From: a virus
Reading direction: 5' to 3' (one strand)
Virus record (IMG/VR): IMGVR_UViG_3300027690_000123
Span: 1-49,990 of that record
DNA length: 49,990 nt
The notes beneath the pieces were generated by a model. That model saw only the letters and a list, made by a program, of their open reading frames with translations, searched no databases and was not told the origin of the DNA. How positions within the stretch are numbered: the first letter of the stretch is position 1; the number at the start of each line of letters is the position of its first letter. Below are positions 46,100 to 49,990 of this stretch, in pieces. The translations under genes were made by a program, and so were the position numbers.

Positions 46100-46111
46100 G
46101 TAATTAATTAC
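46100..46111. promoter_or_regulatory. Palindromic operator-like site upstream of queC
   Basis: Perfect GTAATTAATTAC between folE and queC. Confidence 0.7.
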
Positions 46112-46128
46112 ATTGAAAGGTTTGATTG

Positions 46129-46824
46129 ATGGAAAAGAAAAAAGCGGTTGTCGTTTTATCGGGGGGTCAGGATTCCACCACTGCGCTGTTTTGGGCAAAA
46201 ACGATGTTTGATGAGGTTCTGGCGGTGTCTTTCGATTATGGCCAGCGCCATAAGATCGAGCTGCAGTCGGCTGTCATCGTGGCGGCCAAGGCCGGTGTGC
46301 CCCATGAGATCGTCGATGCGAAGTTTATTAACGCCCTGGCGGCCAATGCCTTGACCCGGAAAGACATCGATGTCGAGTGCCCGGAGGGGAAATTGCCAAC
46401 GACCTTTGTCGATGGCCGGAATCTGTTTTTCCTGTCGATGGCTGCGGTCTACGCGAAGCAGCGGGGGATCCACAATCTGGTGACCGGGGTGTGCCAAACC
46501 GATTACAGCGGCTATCCGGACTGCCGGATGGATTTCATCGCCTCCCTTCGAAACACCCTGGTCTATGCCATGGATTATGAGTTCAGCATCCACGTCCCGA
46601 TGATGTTTTTGACCAAGGCCCAAGAGGTTGAGCTGGCCGTCAGCCTGGGTGTGGATTGCCTGGATGCTCTGTCCCAAAGTCACACCTGCTACGAGGGGGT
46701 ATTCCCGCCGTGCGGCAAGTGTCCGGCCTGCAAGCTTCGCTCAAAAGGGTTCAAAGAGGCGGGGTATTCAGACCCGTTGATCGTGCGTGCCAACCTGGCG
46801 GGGTCTTACAAGTCGCGGATGTAA
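46129..46824 (+). CDS. queC: 7-cyano-7-deazaguanine (preQ0) synthase
   Basis: LSGGQDS, YGQRH, TFVDGRN, GYPDCR, TCY..CGKCPAC. No N-terminal Gat domain. Confidence 0.95.
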   Translation: MEKKKAVVVLSGGQDSTTALFWAKTMFDEVLAVSFDYGQRHKIELQSAVIVAAKAGVPHEIVDAKFINALAANALTRKDIDVECPEGKLPTTFVDGRNLFFLSMAAVYAKQRGIHNLVTGVCQTDYSGYPDCRMDFIASLRNTLVYAMDYEFSIHVPMMFLTKAQEVELAVSLGVDCLDALSQSHTCYEGVFPPCGKCPACKLRSKGFKEAGYSDPLIVRANLAGSYKSRM

Positions 46825-46838
46825 CAATAACGATCGGA

Positions 46839-47501
46839 ATGGCTATGGGAAAAGACATCGAGCTGTCGCTTGACATCGCTATGGGTAACCTGGGGTGGGT
46901 CTGTTTCAAAGACAGCGTACCCCAGGCGTGTGGGGTGGTTTCTCCTTCGATTCCAAAGGATCTCGCTTCGTTGAAGGGAAAGAAAAAGCTTTCAGTCAGG
47001 GAGCAAAACGTCATCCTTCTCGAGCAATTGATCGATGGGTTTGACCGGGTGCTGGTCCGGCACCATCCAGCCCTGGTTGTGGGGGAGGCTCCTCCAGGCG
47101 GCGCCCAGGATGCCAATGCGGCGGTGAAGCTCAACATGGCGTTGGCGGTCGTGGTGACGGTCTGCTTTGTTCATGGGGTGCCGTATCAGTGGTGTTCGCC
47201 TCTGGATGTGAAAAGGGCGACTGCAGGTGCCGATACGGCCTCCAAAGAACAAATCATGGACTGGGCCCTCGATCGGTTCGGCGGCGAAAAGGATGTTCAA
47301 GAGGTCTTGATCAAAAATGGGAAATGCGCCGGCAAGGTCACCCGCCGGCTGAAATACAATTTCCTGGGGCGGTGGATCCCCGGCGGAAAGTTCGAACACA
47401 TTGCCGACGCCTGCGGGGCTTATGTGGCGGTGAAAAATCAACCAACGAGCCGGCCAGGTGCCCGGGGTTATCGAAACAAGCCCAGGCGGCTGGGGCAATG
47501 A
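46839..47501 (+). CDS. ruvC: RuvC-like (RNase H fold) nuclease/resolvase
   Basis: LSLDIA..NLG, VVGEAP, SPLDVKRAT.G...ASKEQI, EHIADA. Confidence 0.75.
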   Translation: MAMGKDIELSLDIAMGNLGWVCFKDSVPQACGVVSPSIPKDLASLKGKKKLSVREQNVILLEQLIDGFDRVLVRHHPALVVGEAPPGGAQDANAAVKLNMALAVVVTVCFVHGVPYQWCSPLDVKRATAGADTASKEQIMDWALDRFGGEKDVQEVLIKNGKCAGKVTRRLKYNFLGRWIPGGKFEHIADACGAYVAVKNQPTSRPGARGYRNKPRRLGQ

Positions 47502-47511
47502 AAGGGCGGAT

Positions 47512-47724
47512 ATGAAATTCGGTGATGCTTTTGAAGCGATAAAACGGGGCGGTGGGATGCGACTCCCGGAATGGAGTCCGGATGTCGTCATCCGGGTCCA
47601 ATATCCGGATGAAAATAGCAAAATGACGGCGCCATATCTTTATGTGGAGAGCCGTTTCGGCCGGGTGCCCTGGAAAGAAAACATGATCGAGCTGTTTGCT
47701 GAGCATTGGGAACTGATTTCATAA
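47512..47724 (+). CDS. DUF2829 / Tad2-like protein
   Basis: MKFGDAFEAIKRG..MRLPEW...PW.....LFAEHWEL matches the DUF2829 pattern. Confidence 0.75.
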   Translation: MKFGDAFEAIKRGGGMRLPEWSPDVVIRVQYPDENSKMTAPYLYVESRFGRVPWKENMIELFAEHWELIS

Positions 47725-47784
47725 CCGGTGATATGGATCGAATCGATTTCGATTGGAATCATTTGAAATGAAAGGGGAACAAAT

Positions 47785-48336
47785 ATGGATGATCGTTATG
47801 CAGGTCAATCAGATGAGTTGAAGCAACTGGGGGCGAAAAAGACGGATTACAATCGTGCGCCGGCGGTGGGGATTCTGGAAACATTCCCGAACAGGGATGC
47901 CGGCGGCGAGCCGTATCTGGTGGAGTTCACAACCGAGGAATTCACGTCGCTGTGTCCTAGAACTGGTCAACCGGATTTTGCCGAGTTCCATTTGCGGTAT
48001 GTGCCGGTGGAAAAGTGCATCGAGTCCAAGTCCCTCAAGCTGTATCTGTTCAGCTACCGCAATGAAGGGCAGTTCATGGAGTCGATCACCAACCAGATGC
48101 TCCAGCATTTCGTCGAAGCTTGCCAACCGCTGGCTATGATCCTTGAGATGGATTTCAACGCCCGGGGTGGTATCGGCACCAAGGTCGAGGCCAGATATTT
48201 CAGCCCGTTGCTCCAGGTGGGTCCGATTATCGCGGCGCCGGATGAACTGGGCGAGGTCATTGTCGATGAAAGCACTGCTGCCACCTTGCGGTTGCTGGCG
48301 AAAGTCGAATCGCTCTTGAACGTGGGGATCATGTAA
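47785..48336 (+). CDS. queF: NADPH-dependent preQ0 reductase (type I QueF)
   Basis: LETFPN, EFTSLCPRTGQPDFA, ESKSLKLYL (QueF motif), FNARGGI. Confidence 0.93.
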   Translation: MDDRYAGQSDELKQLGAKKTDYNRAPAVGILETFPNRDAGGEPYLVEFTTEEFTSLCPRTGQPDFAEFHLRYVPVEKCIESKSLKLYLFSYRNEGQFMESITNQMLQHFVEACQPLAMILEMDFNARGGIGTKVEARYFSPLLQVGPIIAAPDELGEVIVDESTAATLRLLAKVESLLNVGIM

Positions 48337-48337
48337 A

Positions 48338-49177
48338 ATGCGGATCTTTTTCGCCGGCGTGAGCCCGCAATATGAAAAAGCTTTCCTCCAATTGGGGGTA
48401 AAGAATTATCTTTCCTCCTACGAGAACCAGAAAGGCACCGACCTGGCAGCCAGTATCGCCGGCCGGTGCCGGCCTGGCAATGCGTTCCTTTTGGATTCAG
48501 GCGCCTTCAGTGCATGGAATAGCGGCCGAGCGATCGATCTCAAGGAATACATCTCCTATGCCCGGGATTTTATCGCCCGGCACTGCGACAAGATCGATCA
48601 AATCTATGTCGTTAACCTCGACGTGATCCCCGGGGTCCAGGGCGTCAAGCCGACCAAAAAGGAAGTTGAGGATGCGGCCCGGCAGGGGTGGGAAAACATG
48701 ATCCGGTTTGAAAAAGCCGGGCTCACCCCGGTTCACATCTTCCATCAAGGGGAAAGTTTCGAATGGCTGGTGCGGATCGCCGCCCGTCACCGGTATATCG
48801 GGATCTCACCGAACAACGATGCCAGCATCAAGTCCAAGTTCAATTGGATGCAGCGGGTTTACAGCATCATCAAAGCCCGGAATATGACCCACGGCTTTGC
48901 AGTCACAGCCCGGAAGCTGATGCAGGCTTTTCCTTGGTATTCTGTCGATTCAACTTCCTGGATGGCGCCGACGATGTATGGCAAGGCGGTGTTCACGCCC
49001 GAGTTTGATGAATTGGGGTTGTCCTCCCGCTGTAAGTCCCATGTCGAATATGTGATTCACGCCAATATCAACGAACTGCGCCGGCTGCAGAAAAAATACA
49101 CGCGCTTGTGGGCGTCCCGGGGGGTCGTGTGGGATGAAGACGAACCCATCGGGCGGGGTGGGCCCAAACTGGTCTGA
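48338..49177 (+). CDS. dpdA: TGT-fold DNA 7-deazaguanine transglycosylase (DpdA-like)
   Basis: LLDSGAFSAW, NLDVIPG, HIFHQGE, THGFA, YSVDSTSW; directly follows queF. Confidence 0.75.
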   Translation: MRIFFAGVSPQYEKAFLQLGVKNYLSSYENQKGTDLAASIAGRCRPGNAFLLDSGAFSAWNSGRAIDLKEYISYARDFIARHCDKIDQIYVVNLDVIPGVQGVKPTKKEVEDAARQGWENMIRFEKAGLTPVHIFHQGESFEWLVRIAARHRYIGISPNNDASIKSKFNWMQRVYSIIKARNMTHGFAVTARKLMQAFPWYSVDSTSWMAPTMYGKAVFTPEFDELGLSSRCKSHVEYVIHANINELRRLQKKYTRLWASRGVVWDEDEPIGRGGPKLV

Positions 49178-49221
49178 TGTCATATCATACCGGTTCAAAT
49201 CATATCGGTCGAGGTGGAACC

Positions 49222-49890
49222 ATGTCATACGAAATCAAAATCAACGAACAAATCGTGGATACGAGCCGGCTGCGGCCCAATCCATGGAATTACAATGAAC
49301 AGTCCGAGTTCATGCAACAAAAGCTGGGCCGGTCGCTCGATCGGTACGGCCAGGTCGCCGAGATCATCGTCAGGGAAAAACCAGACGGGACTCTTCAGAT
49401 TATCGACGGGGAGCACCGGTACAAAGAGCTGGTCGCCAAAAGCGAACCGACGGCCTTGGTCAATAATTTGGGTGAAGTGTCCGAGGATGATGCCCGGCTT
49501 TTGACGGCGGTGATGAACGAGCTCCGCGGCAGCCGGAACCCGTCGAAGTTGAGCCGGCTGCTCAATTCCTTATCCGGGTCCACGGATTGGGATGAGATCA
49601 CCCAGGTCTTGCCGTTTACCGAGGTCGAACTCGAGAACTTGATGGCGATCGCAGATGATGCCCCCAAAGAGCCCAAGGAAGCCGTTGGCGATGGGGATGG
49701 GAAAAAGCCGATGGCCTGGGTGGATGTGAAGGTGTCCGTCCATCAGGACCATCTCGACGAAGTTAAAACGATGATGAGCCAAGCCAAGGTCAAACTGGGA
49801 ATTGGCGCCGAACCGGATGAAGCCCTGGAAAACGGCAAATTGCTCAAGGTTCTTTTGAAACATGGGGTGGTGGATCATGAAACCGCATGA
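49222..49890 (+). CDS. ParB/Sulfiredoxin N-terminal domain protein
   Basis: LRPNPWNYN, SLDRYG..EIIVR, IIDGEHR, MNELRG. Confidence 0.85.
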   Translation: MSYEIKINEQIVDTSRLRPNPWNYNEQSEFMQQKLGRSLDRYGQVAEIIVREKPDGTLQIIDGEHRYKELVAKSEPTALVNNLGEVSEDDARLLTAVMNELRGSRNPSKLSRLLNSLSGSTDWDEITQVLPFTEVELENLMAIADDAPKEPKEAVGDGDGKKPMAWVDVKVSVHQDHLDEVKTMMSQAKVKLGIGAEPDEALENGKLLKVLLKHGVVDHETA

Positions 49891-49990
49891 GGTCTTTTTT
49901 CCAGAGTTGAATGTCATTTCGGATAAGGGAATCCGTGAGCTGGTCTTGGATGTGCTGCAGAAGCTCGAGGTGGCCAATATCTATTTTTAC
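49877..49990 (+). CDS. Partial ORF (N-terminus only), possibly an HD-domain protein
   Basis: MKPHEVFFPELNVISDKGIRELVLDVLQKLEVANIYFY, cut by the window edge. Resemblance to phage HD proteins is weak. Confidence 0.4.
   Translation, partial: MKPHEVFFPELNVISDKGIRELVLDVLQKLEVANIYFY

Larger units (their letters stand above)
6065..49990. mobile_element. Large temperate phage/prophage integrating at selC (continues beyond window)
   Basis: att core plus integrase, phage-type replication, recombination, nucleotide metabolism and DNA-modification genes, with shared regulatory motifs throughout. Confidence 0.88.

Noticed and set aside
46129-48336. Archaeosine (dG+) pathway via QueF-L or Gat-QueC
   Set aside because: QueF keeps the NADPH-binding QueF motif and QueC has no glutaminase domain, so preQ1 is the better prediction.
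7780-49000. Apparent abundance of ATCGAT/GATC as a modification target signal
   Set aside because: It also occurs in the left element and could reflect host codon or oligomer bias. It cannot be supported without a k-mer count against the host genome.
49147-49230. Short degenerate duplication at the dpdA-parB junction (IGRGG / ATGTCATA twice)
   Set aside because: Too short and imperfect to assign a function; it only makes the parB start ambiguous (49177 versus 49222).

Overview
The window joins two phage-derived elements at a 28-bp tRNA-Sec (selC) 3'-end att core (6065-6092, - strand). LEFT (1-~5960) is a visibly GC-richer, decayed lambda-like prophage remnant. It holds an excisionase-like HTH, a terminase large subunit pseudogene with a nonsense codon, a frameshift and a deletion, a putative terminase small subunit, a CHC2/TOPRIM primase, a truncated P4/D5 primase, a GGACCAT iteron cluster and a cosQ/cosN-like site. 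RIGHT (6065-end) is part of a large temperate phage. A long leftward arm encodes a tyrosine integrase, nucleotide metabolism (HAD, dNMP kinase, NUDIX, class II RNR, ThyA-like) and T4-like recombination/replication functions (gp46/47, RecA/UvsX, 5'-3' exonuclease, SSB, UvsY, UvsW, primase, DnaB-like helicase). The same arm encodes a DnaE polymerase fused to a catalytically altered family-4 UDG domain, CobS/CobT, WGR, an XRE regulator, a GyrB with an HNH intein and an iteron-containing initiator. A divergent rightward operon encodes 7-deazaguanine DNA modification (queD-queE-folE-queC-ruvC-like-DUF2829/Tad2-like-queF-dpdA-like-parB-like). A 12-bp palindrome, GTAATTAATTAC, occurs about 15 times, almost always just upstream of genes, including the integrase, the XRE gene and both que promoters. 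A second, 25-bp motif precedes four leftward units. The host is probably an anaerobic selenocysteine-using bacterium such as a Desulfobacterota member (inference). Product calls come from motif recognition only; no database searches were run.
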